Part shown: positions 1 to 11,668 of the stretch, one piece after another | Layout: each line of letters opens with the position of its first letter | How positions within the stretch are numbered: the stretch's first letter is position 1 | NCBI RefSeq assembly: GCF_003018255.1 | Contig: NZ_CP027440.1 | From: Escherichia coli | Lineage (GTDB): Bacteria > Pseudomonadota > Gammaproteobacteria > Enterobacterales > Enterobacteriaceae | Strand: one strand, 5' to 3' | Length of the DNA stretch: 64,000 nt | Notes under the pieces: model-generated | The model's database searches: none | What the model was told of the DNA's origin: nothing | Seen by the model: the letters and a program-made list of their open reading frames with translations, nothing else | Translations under genes and position numbers: made by a program

Positions 1-12
1 TTTACGGGGAAA

Positions 13-753
13 TTAGAACATTACCTTATGACCGTACTGCTCAAGAATGCCTTTCACGCGTTCCATGGTCTCTTTCTTCGGTGGTTTAACACCATCAAGT
101 TTGTATTCTTCACCCATCGCCACCCATTTGTGTTTGCCCAGTTCGTGGTAGGGGAGAAGCTCGATTTTCTCAACGTTGCCCATATCACGGGTAAATTCAC
201 CGAGGCGATGCGCTGAATCGTCATCGTCAGACCAGCCTGGGACAACAACGTAGCGGATCCACACCTTCACATTTTTGTTCGCCAGATATTTGGCGAACTC
301 CAGCGTGCGGTGGTTGGAAACTCCAACCAGATTTTGGTGGATCTCGTCGTTCATCTGTTTGAGATCGAGCATTACCAGGTCGGTTACTTCCAGCAGTTCA
401 TCAATCACCGGATCGTAACGACGAACAAAACCGTTGGTGTCCAGACAGGTATGAATGCCTTCTTTTTTGCAGGCGCGGAACCAGTCACGAACAAACTCAG
501 CTTGCAGGATTGCTTCACCGCCGGATGCGGTAACGCCGCCGCCGGAAGCGTTCATAAAGTGGCGATAGGTCACCACCTCTCTCATTAAATCTTCAACGGT
601 AACTTCTTTACCGCCATGCGTGTCCCAGGTGTCGCGGTTATGACAATACAGGCAGCGCATCAGGCAGCCCTGGAAAAAGGTGATAAAGCGAATACCCGGA
701 CCGTCTACGGTTCCACAGGATTCAAAGGAGTGAATGCGACCAATAACTGACAT
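13..753 (-). CDS. pflA: pyruvate formate-lyase activating enzyme (radical SAM glycyl-radical activase)
   Basis: ORF 13..780 (-); translation matches PflA with radical-SAM Cys cluster (CLMRCLYC); start moved to internal ATG (MSVIGRIH...) at 751-753, giving 246 aa; stop TAA at 13-15. Confidence 0.93.
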   Translation of the reverse strand: MSVIGRIHSFESCGTVDGPGIRFITFFQGCLMRCLYCHNRDTWDTHGGKEVTVEDLMREVVTYRHFMNASGGGVTASGGEAILQAEFVRDWFRACKKEGIHTCLDTNGFVRRYDPVIDELLEVTDLVMLDLKQMNDEIHQNLVGVSNHRTLEFAKYLANKNVKVWIRYVVVPGWSDDDDSAHRLGEFTRDMGNVEKIELLPYHELGKHKWVAMGEEYKLDGVKPPKKETMERVKGILEQYGHKVMF

Positions 754-875
754 TGCGGTGTTTCTCCAGATGTGGCCCATCTGAGGCCGTGTTGGTGCGC
801 AGCTCGAAGGCTACGTCGAGTCTGTTTTGGCAGTCACCTTAAAGTATAGATAGCTGACAAAAAAGGCTCTCGTGC

Positions 876-902
876 TAAAAAAGGCCCCACTTTCGTGGAG
901 CC
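876..902 (-). terminator. putative Rho-independent terminator downstream of pflB
   Basis: On the minus strand a GC-rich imperfect hairpin (ggctccacgaaagtggggcc) is followed by a run of six U; lies ~45 nt after the pflB stop. Confidence 0.55.
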
Positions 903-944
903 TTTATTGTACGCTTTTTACTGTACGATTTCAGTCAAATCTAA

Positions 945-3227
945 TTACATAGATTGAGTGAAGGTACGAGTAATAACGTCCTGCTGCTGTTCTTTAGTCA
1001 GCGAGTTGAAACGTACTGCGTAGCCAGATACACGGATGGTCAGCTGCGGATATTTTTCCGGGTTTTCCATCGCGTCGAGCAGCATTTCACGGTTCATCAC
1101 GTTAACGTTCAGGTGCTGACCACCTTCGATGGACGCTTCGTGGTGGAAGTAACCATCCATCAGACCAGCCAGGTTGGTCTTACGAACTTCGTCGTCTTTA
1201 CCCAGTGCGTTCGGAACGATAGAGAAGGTGTAGGAGATACCATCTTTAGCGTAAGCAAATGGCAGTTTAGCAACGGAAGTCAGAGAGGCTACTGCACCTT
1301 TCTGGTCACGACCGTGCATCGGGTTAGCACCCGGTCCGAACGGCGCGCCAGCACGACGACCGTCTGGGGTGTTACCAGTTTTCTTACCATACACAACGTT
1401 AGAAGTGATGGTCAGAACAGACTGAGTCGGGATAGCGTCACGGTAGGTGTGCAGTTTCTGAATTTTCTTCATGAAACGTTCTACCAGGTCAACAGCCAGG
1501 TCATCTACACGCGGATCGTTGTTACCAAACTGCGGGTATTCGCCTTCGATTTCGAAGTCGATAGCCAGACCGTCTTCGTCACGAATCGGTTTAACTTTCG
1601 CATATTTGATTGCAGACAGGGAGTCAGCAGCAACGGACAGACCAGCGATACCACACGCCATGGTGCGGATAACGTCACGGTCGTGCAGCGCCATCAGAGA
1701 GGCTTCGTAGCTGTACTTGTCGTGCATGTAGTGGATGATGTTCAGTGCAGTGATGTACTGTTTAGCCAGCCAGTCCATGAAGTGATCCATGCGCTCCATC
1801 ACTTCATCGTAGTTCAGGAGATCGCCTTTGATCGGCTCAGACTTCGGACCAACCTGCATTTTCAGTTTTTCGTCAACGCCGCCGTTGATTGCGTACAGCA
1901 TGGTTTTCGCCAGGTTTGCACGCGCACCGAAGAACTGCATTTGTTTACCAACGATCATCGGGCTTACGCAGCAAGCGATAGCGTAGTCATCGTTGTTGAA
2001 GTCCGGACGCATCAGGTCATCGTTCTCATACTGCAGAGAAGAGGTGTCGATGGACACTTTAGCAGCGAATTTCTTGAAGTTCAGCGGCAGTTTTTCGGAC
2101 CACAGAATGGTCATGTTCGGTTCCGGAGACGGACCCATGGTGTACAGGGTGTTCAGGAAACGGAAGCTGTTTTTGGTAACCAGGGTACGACCGTCGAGGC
2201 CCATACCACCGATAGATTCGGTTGCCCAGATCGGGTCGCCAGAGAACAGTTCATCGTATTCCGGAGTACGCAGGAAGCGAACCATACGCAGTTTCATGAC
2301 CAGGTGGTCAACCATTTCCTGCGCTTCTTGTTCGGTGATCTTGCCAGCTTTCAGGTCACGTTCGATGTACACATCCAGGAAGGTGGAGGTACGACCGAAG
2401 GACATTGCAGCACCGTTCTGAGACTTAACAGCAGCCAGGTAGCCGAAGTAAGTCCACTGGATAGCTTCCTGAGCGTTGGTAGCCGGACCAGAGATGTCGT
2501 AGCCGTATTTCGCAGCCATTTCTTTCATCTGACCCAGAGCGCGGTGCTGTTCAGCGATTTCTTCGCGCAGACGGATAGTCTGTTCCAGGTTTACGCCGTT
2601 TTCCAGATCAGCCTGCAGAGAGGTGAACTGAGCGTATTTGTCTTTCATCAGATAGTCGATACCGTACAGCGCAACGCGACGGTAGTCACCGATGATACGA
2701 CCACGGCCATAAGCATCTGGCAGACCGGTCAGAACACCGGATTTACGGCAACGCAGGATGTCCGGAGTGTAAACGTCGAACACGCCCTGGTTGTGAGTTT
2801 TACGGTATTCAGTGAAGATTTTTTTGATCATCGGGTCCAGTTCGCGGTTGTACGCTTTGCAGGAACCTTCGATCATTTTGATACCACCGAACGGGATAAG
2901 AGCACGTTTCAGCGGAGCTTCAGTCTGCAGACCAACAACTTTTTCCAACGCTTTGTTGATGTAGCCAGCGTCGTGAGAGGTGATGGTGGAAGCAACAGCG
3001 GTGTCAAAGTCAACTGGCGCGTGAGTGCGGTTTTCCAGTTTAACGCCTTCCATTACTTTGTCCCACAGGGTGGTGGTCGCTTCAGTAGCGCCAGCCAGGA
3101 AGGACTCGTCACCCTCGTACGGAGTGTAGTTTTTCTGAATGAAGTCACGGACGTTTACTTCATTCTGCCAGTCACCTTTGGTAAAACCTTCCCAGGCTGT
3201 GGCTAACTTTTCATTAAGCTCGGACAT
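945..3227 (-). CDS. pflB: pyruvate formate-lyase (formate C-acetyltransferase 1)
   Basis: 760-aa ORF; translation matches PflB over full length including the C-terminal glycyl-radical region. Confidence 0.97.
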   Translation of the reverse strand: MSELNEKLATAWEGFTKGDWQNEVNVRDFIQKNYTPYEGDESFLAGATEATTTLWDKVMEGVKLENRTHAPVDFDTAVASTITSHDAGYINKALEKVVGLQTEAPLKRALIPFGGIKMIEGSCKAYNRELDPMIKKIFTEYRKTHNQGVFDVYTPDILRCRKSGVLTGLPDAYGRGRIIGDYRRVALYGIDYLMKDKYAQFTSLQADLENGVNLEQTIRLREEIAEQHRALGQMKEMAAKYGYDISGPATNAQEAIQWTYFGYLAAVKSQNGAAMSFGRTSTFLDVYIERDLKAGKITEQEAQEMVDHLVMKLRMVRFLRTPEYDELFSGDPIWATESIGGMGLDGRTLVTKNSFRFLNTLYTMGPSPEPNMTILWSEKLPLNFKKFAAKVSIDTSSLQYENDDLMRPDFNNDDYAIACCVSPMIVGKQMQFFGARANLAKTMLYAINGGVDEKLKMQVGPKSEPIKGDLLNYDEVMERMDHFMDWLAKQYITALNIIHYMHDKYSYEASLMALHDRDVIRTMACGIAGLSVAADSLSAIKYAKVKPIRDEDGLAIDFEIEGEYPQFGNNDPRVDDLAVDLVERFMKKIQKLHTYRDAIPTQSVLTITSNVVYGKKTGNTPDGRRAGAPFGPGANPMHGRDQKGAVASLTSVAKLPFAYAKDGISYTFSIVPNALGKDDEVRKTNLAGLMDGYFHHEASIEGGQHLNVNVMNREMLLDAMENPEKYPQLTIRVSGYAVRFNSLTKEQQQDVITRTFTQSM

Positions 3228-3281
3228 GTAACACCTACCTTCTTAAGTGGATTTTTTATTTACTGCGTACTTCGACAACCA

Positions 3282-4139
3282 TTAATGGTGATCGTTTTCA
3301 CGCAGATAAATGACCCAGTATGTCAACCCAACCAACAAACCACCGCCGATAATATTACCGATCGTAACCGGAATCAGGTTATCAGTGATGAAGTTCATCA
3401 CGGTCAGGTGAGAAAAATTTTCCGGTGCAGAACCGACAGCGGTCCAGAATTCCGGAGATGCGAAGTCGCGGATTACAATACCCATCGGGATCATAAACAT
3501 GTTTGCGATACTGTGCTCAAAACCGCTGGCAACAAACATCGCGACCGGCAGCACCATAATGAACGCTTTATCCATCAGGCTGCGGCCAGAATAACTCATC
3601 CATACTGCCAGACATACCATCAGGTTTGCCAGGATACCAAGACAGACGGCCTCAATAAAAGTATGGTGCACTTTGTGGTCGGCGGTTTGTAGGACGTTTA
3701 GTCCCCATTGACCATTCGCGGTCATATACTCGCCGGAAAGCCACATTAAAAGTACAAACAGCAGTGCGCCGACCAGGTTGCCAAAATAGACATTTAGCCA
3801 GTTTTTCGCTAACTGACCCCAGGTGATGCGCCCACTCGCCTTAGCAACAACAATCAACACTGTGGAAGTAAAGAGATCGGCTCCGCAGACAACACAAAGA
3901 ATCAGCCCCAGAGAGAAGCAAATGCCGCCAACCAGTTTTGCCATGCCGAAGGGCATTGTTCCTGTGCCAGTGGTTGCTGTGATATAGAAGACGAATGCGA
4001 TTGAGATGAAAACACCGGCGGTAATCGCCAGATAGAAAGTCTTAAGCGGATGTTTCGTTGCTTTATAGACACCTGCCTCTTCGGCCACTTTGGCCATTGC
4101 TGCAGGAAGTAAAAGATCAAAAGGGTTGTCAGCTTTCAC
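3282..4139 (-). CDS. focA: formate channel FocA (formate/nitrite transporter family)
   Basis: ORF 3282..4478 extends upstream into AT-rich promoter DNA; known FocA N-terminus (MKADNPFDLL...) corresponds to the GTG codon at 4137-4139, giving 285 aa. Confidence 0.9.
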   Translation of the reverse strand: MKADNPFDLLLPAAMAKVAEEAGVYKATKHPLKTFYLAITAGVFISIAFVFYITATTGTGTMPFGMAKLVGGICFSLGLILCVVCGADLFTSTVLIVVAKASGRITWGQLAKNWLNVYFGNLVGALLFVLLMWLSGEYMTANGQWGLNVLQTADHKVHHTFIEAVCLGILANLMVCLAVWMSYSGRSLMDKAFIMVLPVAMFVASGFEHSIANMFMIPMGIVIRDFASPEFWTAVGSAPENFSHLTVMNFITDNLIPVTIGNIIGGGLLVGLTYWVIYLRENDHH

Positions 4140-4198
4140 ACTAACTCTCTCTTTATTAAGTCGGCGACGAGATACTAACAAAGCATTATAGATGAGAA

Positions 4199-4212
4199 AT
4201 TGATATAGATCA
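4199..4212 (-). promoter_or_regulatory. FNR-type operator in the focA-pflB promoter region
   Basis: Sequence TTGATATAGATCAT fits the FNR consensus TTGAT-N4-ATCAA; ~60 nt upstream of the focA start in a 400-bp AT-rich regulatory region. Confidence 0.5.
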
Positions 4213-4544
4213 TATCTCGCCTGGCTTATAGGCCCGTAACTCGCATGGTTTTTATGCAAATACGGAGTAAATATTTGATTATCCAAATAAAAATAAATTT
4301 TAAAAATTAACAAATGAGTTGAATTTTTTCCGCATCCTCCGCTAAAACAGTTAATTAAAAGGGAGCACCAGGCGAATAAAGTAACAATATCGATCGTATT
4401 TATTAAATACAAATTACCGATATTTAACTTTATAATTACAATTATTTTATTAATGCAAATATATGTAAAGCGGGGCATTAAAAAAACGCCCCGTAATATA
4501 ACTCAGACGAATCATTAAGCCTACATTGCGTAGGCTATTTGATT

Positions 4545-6305
4545 TTATTTTGCCCAGAATGCTGCTTTGGCGCGCTGCAGCTTTTCGTAGGCCTTCAACA
4601 ACGACTGATGTGCAGCAAACGCGTGCAGATCGCTATCTACTGGTTGCAAACCATAAAACGCCGCTTCGCCGCTCATTGCCGCACTGGCGGCTTCCACGGC
4701 ATCTGCGCCGTACATGCGAACAAACGCATTCAGATATTGCAGCGGCTGGCGATCTTCTTCCTGCGCCAGTAATAACAACGTTTGCAGGCAGCGATAATAG
4801 TTGGCGCGTTCCGGGCTGAATACCGATGAGTTAAACTCCATCGTCCATTCGGTCCAGACCAGAGCCTGTTCCAGATCGCCACCAGCCAGCGCCAGCATGG
4901 CTTTTAATTCACCGATACGCAGGGTGTACCAACCGTTATCCGACCCGGTCGCCAGACCCAACAGCTCACGCACGCGGGTAAAGTCATCAAAACCTTCTTC
5001 ATCCAGTTGCTCGATGAGGTTCAGGTAATCTTCTTTTTCCCACTCGCTGCCTGGTAACGAAAGAATCGTTTCACGTAAATGGCTGCCCATACTGTTATTC
5101 GCCAGCCACAGATCTTCAGCCGGATAAATATCGGACATGCCAGGCACGATAATTCGGCAAGCATAAACGCCCAGATGCTCGTAATCGGCAATATAAACTT
5201 CTTTATCTTCTTTGTTGAAGATAGCCATCAGCGTAGCAAACTCTTCTTCCGTAGTGCCGGAGAAATTCCAGTCCACAAACGGATAATCGGCATCCTGCTT
5301 GAACAGGTCCCAGGAGATTAAACCGCTGGAATCGATAAAGTGCGTTTCGAGGTTGGTATGTTCAGCAACTTCTTCATCATCGAAGGTTGGCGGAGTAAAC
5401 ACATCCAAATCTTTCAGGCCACGACCTTGCAGCAGCTCGGTCACGGTACGTTCCAGTGCTACGCCAAAATCAGGATGCGCACCGAAAGAGGCAAAGCAGG
5501 TACCGTTAGCAGGATTGAACAGTACCACGCAAATCACCGGATACTGGCCGCCAAGCGAACCATCATAAGCAAAGATTGGGAAACCTTCTGCTTCCAGCGT
5601 TTCGATGGCTTCAACCACCGCTGGGTAACGCGCCAGCACGTCTGCCGGGATTTCCGGCAAGCTGATGCTTTCAGCAATAATGCGGTTTTTCACGTAGCGT
5701 TCGAAAACTTCGGACAACCCCTGAACGCGTGCTTCGTTACGGGTATTGCCAGCGGACATACCGTTAGAAACATACAGGTTACCAATGATATTCATCGGAA
5801 TATAAACGGTCTGATTATCAGACTGACGCGTAAACGGCAGACCGCAAATACCACGATCTTCGTTACCGGATTGCAGGTCAATCAGCATACTGCCGGCCAG
5901 TTCATTCTCCGGATCGTAAAATGCGCGCAGACGGTCATCGAGCAGCCCTTCTGGCACATCGTCATTTTCGCTCAGTGGGAACCATTTTTCGTTGGGATAA
6001 TGCACGAACGGACCGTTGGCGATGGTTTCGCCCAGCCAGAAATCAGCAAAAAAGTAGTTGGTTGAGAGACGCTCGAAATATTCACCGAGTGCAGAAGCCA
6101 GCGCCGCTTTTTTGGTTGCGCCTTTACCGTTGGTAAAACACAGTGCGCACTCTTTGTCGCGAATATGTACAGACCAGACGTTAGGCACCGGATTCAGCCA
6201 GGAGGCCTCTTCAATCTGAAAGCCGAGGTCTGAAAGTTTTTGCTGGAAGCGAGCGATGGAATCTTCCAGTGCGGCATCTTTGCCGGGGATAAATGTTTGC
6301 GTCAT
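4545..6305 (-). CDS. ycaO: YcaO-domain protein (ATP-dependent, ribosomal protein S12 methylthiolation accessory factor)
   Basis: ORF 4545..6338; known YcaO N-terminus MTQTFIPGKD at internal ATG 6303-6305, giving 586 aa. Confidence 0.93.
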   Translation of the reverse strand: MTQTFIPGKDAALEDSIARFQQKLSDLGFQIEEASWLNPVPNVWSVHIRDKECALCFTNGKGATKKAALASALGEYFERLSTNYFFADFWLGETIANGPFVHYPNEKWFPLSENDDVPEGLLDDRLRAFYDPENELAGSMLIDLQSGNEDRGICGLPFTRQSDNQTVYIPMNIIGNLYVSNGMSAGNTRNEARVQGLSEVFERYVKNRIIAESISLPEIPADVLARYPAVVEAIETLEAEGFPIFAYDGSLGGQYPVICVVLFNPANGTCFASFGAHPDFGVALERTVTELLQGRGLKDLDVFTPPTFDDEEVAEHTNLETHFIDSSGLISWDLFKQDADYPFVDWNFSGTTEEEFATLMAIFNKEDKEVYIADYEHLGVYACRIIVPGMSDIYPAEDLWLANNSMGSHLRETILSLPGSEWEKEDYLNLIEQLDEEGFDDFTRVRELLGLATGSDNGWYTLRIGELKAMLALAGGDLEQALVWTEWTMEFNSSVFSPERANYYRCLQTLLLLAQEEDRQPLQYLNAFVRMYGADAVEAASAAMSGEAAFYGLQPVDSDLHAFAAHQSLLKAYEKLQRAKAAFWAK

Positions 6306-6434
6306 GAAAATCACTTTAGTCGTACGGAAAGCGCGCAATAATACGGGTTTTATCTCAAAGGCGCTATCACCGCCGCCATGCCGATGATCTGTTGACTATG
6401 CTTTTAGCGGATAAACCACGATAAGAGCATATAA

Positions 6435-7127
6435 ATGAAGGCGTTCGATCTCCACCGTATGGCATTTGATAAAGTGCCTTTTGATTTCCTTGGCGAAGTG
6501 GCACTACGTAGTCTTTATACCTTTGTACTGGTTTTTTTGTTCCTCAAAATGACCGGAAGACGCGGTGTGCGGCAGATGTCGCTTTTTGAAGTGTTAATCA
6601 TTCTGACGCTGGGATCAGCGGCGGGAGATGTGGCGTTTTATGATGATGTGCCGATGGTCCCGGTACTTATCGTCTTTATTATTCTGGCGTTGTTATACCG
6701 CCTGGTAATGTGGTTGATGGCGCACAGTGAAAAACTGGAAGATCTTCTGGAAGGCAAGCCGGTTGTCATTATTGAAGATGGCGAGCTGGCCTGGTCGAAA
6801 CTCAATAACTCCAACATGACGGAATTTGAGTTCTTTATGGAGCTACGATTGCGCGGTGTAGAGCAGTTGGGGCAAGTACGTCTGGCGATTCTCGAAACCA
6901 ACGGGCAAATCAGTGTCTATTTCTTTGAAGATGACAAGGTGAAACCGGGCTTACTTATTTTACCCAGTGACTGTACTCAGCGTTACAAAGTGGTACCCGA
7001 GTCGGCGGACTATGCCTGCATTCGTTGCAGTGAAATCATTCATATGAACGCGGGGGAAAAACAATTATGTCCGCGCTGTGCAAATCCAGAATGGACGAAG
7101 GCAAGTCGGGCAAAACGGGTGACGTGA
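6435..7127 (+). CDS. ycaP: DUF421 inner-membrane protein YcaP
   Basis: 230-aa ORF with hydrophobic N-terminal segments; matches YcaP. Confidence 0.88.
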   Translation: MKAFDLHRMAFDKVPFDFLGEVALRSLYTFVLVFLFLKMTGRRGVRQMSLFEVLIILTLGSAAGDVAFYDDVPMVPVLIVFIILALLYRLVMWLMAHSEKLEDLLEGKPVVIIEDGELAWSKLNNSNMTEFEFFMELRLRGVEQLGQVRLAILETNGQISVYFFEDDKVKPGLLILPSDCTQRYKVVPESADYACIRCSEIIHMNAGEKQLCPRCANPEWTKASRAKRVT

Positions 7128-7325
7128 CAGTAAAAACATCGGCTTTTTGCTAATAATCCGAGAGATTCTTTTGTGTGATGCAAGCCACATTTTTGCCCTC
7201 AACGGTTTTACTCATTGCGATGTGTGTCACTGAATGATAAAACCGATAGCCACAGGAATAATGTATTACCTGTGGTCGCAATCGATTGACCGCGGGTTAA
7301 TAGCAACGCAACGTGGTGAGGGGAA

Positions 7326-8414
7326 ATGGCTCAAATCTTCAATTTTAGTTCTGGTCCGGCAATGCTACCGGCAGAGGTGCTTAAACAGGCTCAACAGGAA
7401 CTGCGCGACTGGAACGGTCTTGGTACGTCGGTGATGGAAGTGAGTCACCGTGGCAAAGAGTTCATTCAGGTTGCAGAGGAAGCCGAGAAGGATTTTCGCG
7501 ATCTTCTTAATGTCCCCTCCAACTACAAGGTATTGTTCTGCCATGGCGGCGGTCGCGGTCAGTTTGCTGCTGTTCCGCTGAATATTCTCGGTGATAAAAC
7601 CACCGCAGATTATGTTGATGCCGGTTACTGGGCGGCAAGTGCCATTAAAGAAGCGAAAAAATACTGCACGCCTAATGTCTTTGACGCCAAAGTGACTGTT
7701 GATGGTCTGCGCGCGGTTAAGCCAATGCGCGAATGGCAACTCTCTGATAATGCTGCTTATATGCATTACTGCCCGAATGAAACCATCGACGGTATCGCTA
7801 TCGACGAAACGCCAGACTTCGGCAAAGATGTGGTGGTCGCCGCCGACTTCTCTTCAACCATTCTTTCCCGTCCGATTGACGTCAGCCGTTATGGCGTGAT
7901 TTACGCTGGCGCGCAGAAAAATATCGGCCCGGCTGGCCTGACAATCGTCATCGTTCGTGAAGATTTGCTGGGCAAAGCGAATATCGCGTGTCCGTCGATT
8001 CTGGATTATTCCATTCTCAACGATAACGACTCCATGTTTAACACGCCGCCGACATTTGCCTGGTATCTGTCTGGTCTGGTCTTTAAATGGCTGAAAGCGA
8101 ACGGCGGTGTAGCTGCAATGGATAAAATCAATCAGCAAAAAGCAGAACTGCTGTATGGGGTGATTGATAACAGCAATTTCTACCGCAATGACGTGGCGAA
8201 AGCTAACCGTTCGCGGATGAACGTGCCGTTCCAGTTGGCGGACAGTGCGCTTGACAAATTGTTCCTTGAAGAGTCTTTTGCTGCTGGCCTTCATGCGCTG
8301 AAAGGTCACCGTGTGGTCGGCGGAATGCGCGCGTCTATTTATAACGCCATGCCGCTGGAAGGCGTTAAAGCCCTGACAGACTTCATGGTTGAGTTCGAAC
8401 GCCGTCACGGCTAA
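7326..8414 (+). CDS. serC: phosphoserine/phosphohydroxythreonine aminotransferase
   Basis: 362-aa ORF; translation matches SerC (PLP-dependent class V aminotransferase). Confidence 0.97.
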   Translation: MAQIFNFSSGPAMLPAEVLKQAQQELRDWNGLGTSVMEVSHRGKEFIQVAEEAEKDFRDLLNVPSNYKVLFCHGGGRGQFAAVPLNILGDKTTADYVDAGYWAASAIKEAKKYCTPNVFDAKVTVDGLRAVKPMREWQLSDNAAYMHYCPNETIDGIAIDETPDFGKDVVVAADFSSTILSRPIDVSRYGVIYAGAQKNIGPAGLTIVIVREDLLGKANIACPSILDYSILNDNDSMFNTPPTFAWYLSGLVFKWLKANGGVAAMDKINQQKAELLYGVIDNSNFYRNDVAKANRSRMNVPFQLADSALDKLFLEESFAAGLHALKGHRVVGGMRASIYNAMPLEGVKALTDFMVEFERRHG

Positions 8415-8433
8415 TGCCGAAATTTTGCTTAAT

Positions 8434-8463
8434 CCCCACAGCCAGCCTGTGGGGTTTTTATTT
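8434..8463 (+). terminator. intra-operon Rho-independent terminator/attenuator between serC and aroA
   Basis: Perfect hairpin ccccacaggc...gcctgtgggg (8434-8454) followed by TTTTTATTT. Confidence 0.6.
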
Positions 8464-8484
8464 CTGTTGTAGAGAGTTGAGTTC

Positions 8485-9768
8485 ATGGAATCCCTGACGT
8501 TACAACCCATCGCTCGTGTCGATGGCACTATTAATCTGCCTGGTTCCAAGAGCGTTTCTAACCGCGCTTTATTGCTGGCGGCATTAGCACACGGCAAAAC
8601 AGTATTAACCAATCTGCTGGATAGCGATGACGTGCGCCATATGCTGAATGCATTAACAGCGTTAGGGGTAAGCTATACGCTTTCAGCCGATCGTACGCGT
8701 TGCGAAATTATCGGTAACGGCGGTCCATTACACGCAGAAGGTGCCCTGGAGTTGTTCCTCGGAAACGCCGGAACGGCAATGCGCCCGCTGGCGGCAGCTC
8801 TTTGTCTGGGTAGCAATGATATTGTGCTGACTGGTGAGCCGCGTATGAAAGAGCGCCCGATTGGTCATCTGGTGGATGCGCTGCGCCTGGGCGGGGCGAA
8901 GATCACTTACCTGGAACAAGACAATTATCCGCCATTGCGTTTACAGGGCGGCTTTACTGGCGGCAACGTTGACGTTGATGGCTCCGTTTCCAGCCAGTTC
9001 CTCACCGCACTATTAATGACTGCGCCTCTTGCACCGGAAGATACGGTGATTCGTATTAAAGGCGATCTGGTTTCTAAACCTTATATCGACATCACACTCA
9101 ATATGATGAAGACGTTTGGTGTTGAAATTGAAAATCAGCACTATCAACAATTTGTCGTAAAAGGCGGGCAGTCTTATCAGTCTCCGGGTACTTATTTGGT
9201 CGAAGGCGATGCATCTTCGGCTTCTTACTTCCTGGCAGCAGCAGCAATCAAAGGCGGCACTGTAAAAGTGACCGGCATTGGACGCAACAGTATGCAGGGT
9301 GATATTCGCTTTGCTGATGTGCTGGAAAAAATGGGCGCGACCATTTGCTGGGGCGATGATTATATTTCCTGCACGCGGGGTGAACTGAACGCTATTGATA
9401 TGGATATGAACCATATTCCCGATGCGGCGATGACCATTGCCACGGCGGCGTTATTTGCAAAAGGCACCACCACGCTGCGCAATATCTATAACTGGCGTGT
9501 TAAAGAGACCGATCGCCTGTTTGCGATGGCAACAGAACTGCGTAAAGTTGGTGCGGAAGTAGAAGAGGGGCACGATTACATTCGTATCACTCCACCGGAA
9601 AAGCTGAACTTTGCCGAGATCGCGACATACAATGATCACCGGATAGCGATGTGTTTCTCGCTGGTGGCGTTGTCAGATACACCAGTGACGATTCTTGATC
9701 CCAAATGCACGGCCAAAACATTTCCGAATTATTTCGAGCAGCTGGCGCGGATTAGCCAGGCAGCCTGA
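8485..9768 (+). CDS. aroA: 3-phosphoshikimate 1-carboxyvinyltransferase (EPSP synthase)
   Basis: 427-aa ORF; translation matches AroA. Confidence 0.97.
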   Translation: MESLTLQPIARVDGTINLPGSKSVSNRALLLAALAHGKTVLTNLLDSDDVRHMLNALTALGVSYTLSADRTRCEIIGNGGPLHAEGALELFLGNAGTAMRPLAAALCLGSNDIVLTGEPRMKERPIGHLVDALRLGGAKITYLEQDNYPPLRLQGGFTGGNVDVDGSVSSQFLTALLMTAPLAPEDTVIRIKGDLVSKPYIDITLNMMKTFGVEIENQHYQQFVVKGGQSYQSPGTYLVEGDASSASYFLAAAAIKGGTVKVTGIGRNSMQGDIRFADVLEKMGATICWGDDYISCTRGELNAIDMDMNHIPDAAMTIATAALFAKGTTTLRNIYNWRVKETDRLFAMATELRKVGAEVEEGHDYIRITPPEKLNFAEIATYNDHRIAMCFSLVALSDTPVTILDPKCTAKTFPNYFEQLARISQAA

Positions 9769-9811
9769 ATGAACAACGTGCAATAAATAGCCAAATCTTT
9801 CTTTATCAAAA

Positions 9812-9839
9812 CGTCGGCACATTGCCGGCGTTTTTTTTT
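9812..9839 (+). terminator. Rho-independent terminator of serC-aroA
   Basis: Hairpin cgtcggca-cat-tgccggcg followed by nine T. Confidence 0.7.
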
Positions 9840-9937
9840 CGGACCTTGTGAGTCATTTTGATTAATGGTAGCGTCGCTTGTCAATGTAAGTTATTGATAC
9901 ATAATATTTATATATGATTAATCAACGGATGATTCAC

Positions 9938-10702
9938 ATGAAGAATACTAAATTACTGCTGGCGATTGCGGCCTCTGCAGCATTACTGACAGGGTGTCAA
10001 AATACCCACGGTATTGATACCAATATGGCTATCAGCTCAGGTTTAAATGCCTATAAAGCAGCAACGTTAAGCGATGCTGATGCAAAAGCGATTGCCAATC
10101 AGGGCTGTGCCGAAATGGACAGCGGCAATCAAGTCGCAAGCAAATCCAGCAAGTACGGGAAACGTCTGGCAAAAATCGCCAAAGCATTGGGTAACAATAT
10201 TAATGGCACGCCGGTCAACTATAAGGTTTATATGACCAGCGACGTCAACGCATGGGCGATGGCGAACGGTTGTGTTCGTGTCTACAGTGGCCTGATGGAC
10301 ATGATGAACGACAACGAAATTGAAGGCGTTCTGGGTCATGAACTGGGCCACGTCGCGTTGGGTCACTCGCTGGCTGAAATGAAAGCTTCTTATGCGATCG
10401 TTGCCGCACGTGATGCGATTTCCGCTACCAGCGGTGTGGCTTCCCAGCTTTCTCGCTCACAATTAGGTGATATCGCAGAAGGCGCGATCAATGCTAAATA
10501 CTCCCGCGATAAAGAGTCCGAAGCAGATGATTTCTCCTTTGATCTGTTGAAGAAACGTGGCATCAGCACCCAGGGGCTGGTTGGCAGCTTTGAAAAATTG
10601 GCCAGCCTGGATGGCGGTCGTACCCAGTCCATGTTTGATTCTCACCCACCATCAACAGAGCGTGCGCAACACATCCGTGATCGTATCGCCTCTGGTAAGT
10701 AA
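9938..10702 (+). CDS. ycaL: M48-family metalloprotease lipoprotein YcaL
   Basis: ORF 9914..10702; start moved to ATG 9938 (MKNTKLL...); lipobox LLTGC and HExxH zinc motif (HELGH); 254 aa. Confidence 0.9.
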   Translation: MKNTKLLLAIAASAALLTGCQNTHGIDTNMAISSGLNAYKAATLSDADAKAIANQGCAEMDSGNQVASKSSKYGKRLAKIAKALGNNINGTPVNYKVYMTSDVNAWAMANGCVRVYSGLMDMMNDNEIEGVLGHELGHVALGHSLAEMKASYAIVAARDAISATSGVASQLSRSQLGDIAEGAINAKYSRDKESEADDFSFDLLKKRGISTQGLVGSFEKLASLDGGRTQSMFDSHPPSTERAQHIRDRIASGK

Positions 10703-10874
10703 ATCATTGTCATCTTTCGGGCTGGTCTTCTGCCAGCCCGCTATAATTGCGCAATAAATCCCCATCTGAATACAGACAAAACTGGTTTTTGCACACAACG
10801 TTAACGATTTGTGGCGTCGGCGCGTATAATGCGCGCGGTTATGTTAACGGTACGCCTGTTTTAAGGAGATAAAG

Positions 10875-11558
10875 ATGACGGCAATTGCCCCGGTTATTAC
10901 CATTGATGGCCCAAGCGGTGCAGGGAAAGGCACCTTGTGTAAGGCTATGGCGGAAGCGTTGCAATGGCATCTGCTGGACTCGGGTGCAATTTATCGCGTA
11001 CTGGCACTGGCGGCATTACATCACCATGTTGATGTTGCATCGGAAGATGCGCTGGTGCCGCTGGCATCCCATCTGGATGTACGTTTTGTGTCGACCAATG
11101 GCAATCTGGAAGTGATCCTCGAAGGGGAAGATGTCAGTGGCGAAATTCGTACTCAGGAAGTGGCGAATGCAGCTTCACAAGTCGCGGCATTCCCACGCGT
11201 TCGTGAAGCATTATTGCGTCGCCAACGCGCGTTTCGCGAATTACCAGGCCTGATTGCCGATGGCCGTGACATGGGAACGGTGGTATTCCCTGATGCGCCA
11301 GTGAAAATTTTCCTTGACGCCTCCTCGGAAGAACGTGCGCATCGCCGCATGCTACAGTTGCAGGAGAAGGGCTTTAGTGTTAACTTTGAGCGCCTTTTGG
11401 CTGAGATCAAAGAACGCGACGACCGCGATCGTAACCGAGCGGTAGCGCCACTGGTTCCGGCAGCCGATGCTTTAGTGTTGGATTCCACCACCTTAAGCAT
11501 TGAGCAAGTGATTGAAAAAGCGCTACAATACGCGCGCCAGAAATTGGCTCTCGCATAA
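10875..11558 (+). CDS. cmk: cytidylate kinase
   Basis: 227-aa ORF; P-loop GPSGAGKGT; matches Cmk. Confidence 0.96.
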
Positions 11559-11668
11559 GCGACCGAATTTGCAGTACCCCCGTTGCAATGGAATGACAGC
11601 GGGTATGTTAAACAACCCCATCCGGCATGGAGCCAGGTGGACGTTAAATATAAACCTGAAGATTAAAC

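Noticed and set aside
954-3206. A 750-aa ORF on the plus strand, antisense to pflB; similar long antisense ORFs opposite rpsA (11705..12844), ompF (36364..37152) and the mukB 3' region (29674..30450)
   Set aside because: These are in codon register with the sense genes. Highly expressed genes avoid TTA, CTA and TCA codons, whose reverse complements are the three stop codons, so the antisense frame stays open by chance. No start context, no independent motif, and the translations are low-complexity.
3282-4478. Long 5' extensions of several ORFs beyond the known protein starts (focA to 4478, fabA to 60024, ompA to 63508, pqiB from 56555, ycaI from 13915, asnS, pncB, ssuA and others)
   Set aside because: In each case the known N-terminus begins at an internal ATG or GTG, and the extension runs through upstream regulatory DNA or the end of the upstream gene. 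Treated as ORF-caller over-extension, not as novel N-terminal domains.
10718-10740. Hairpin cgggctgg-tcttctg-ccagcccg after ycaL as a terminator
   Set aside because: Perfect 8-bp stem but no U-tract on either strand; left uncalled.
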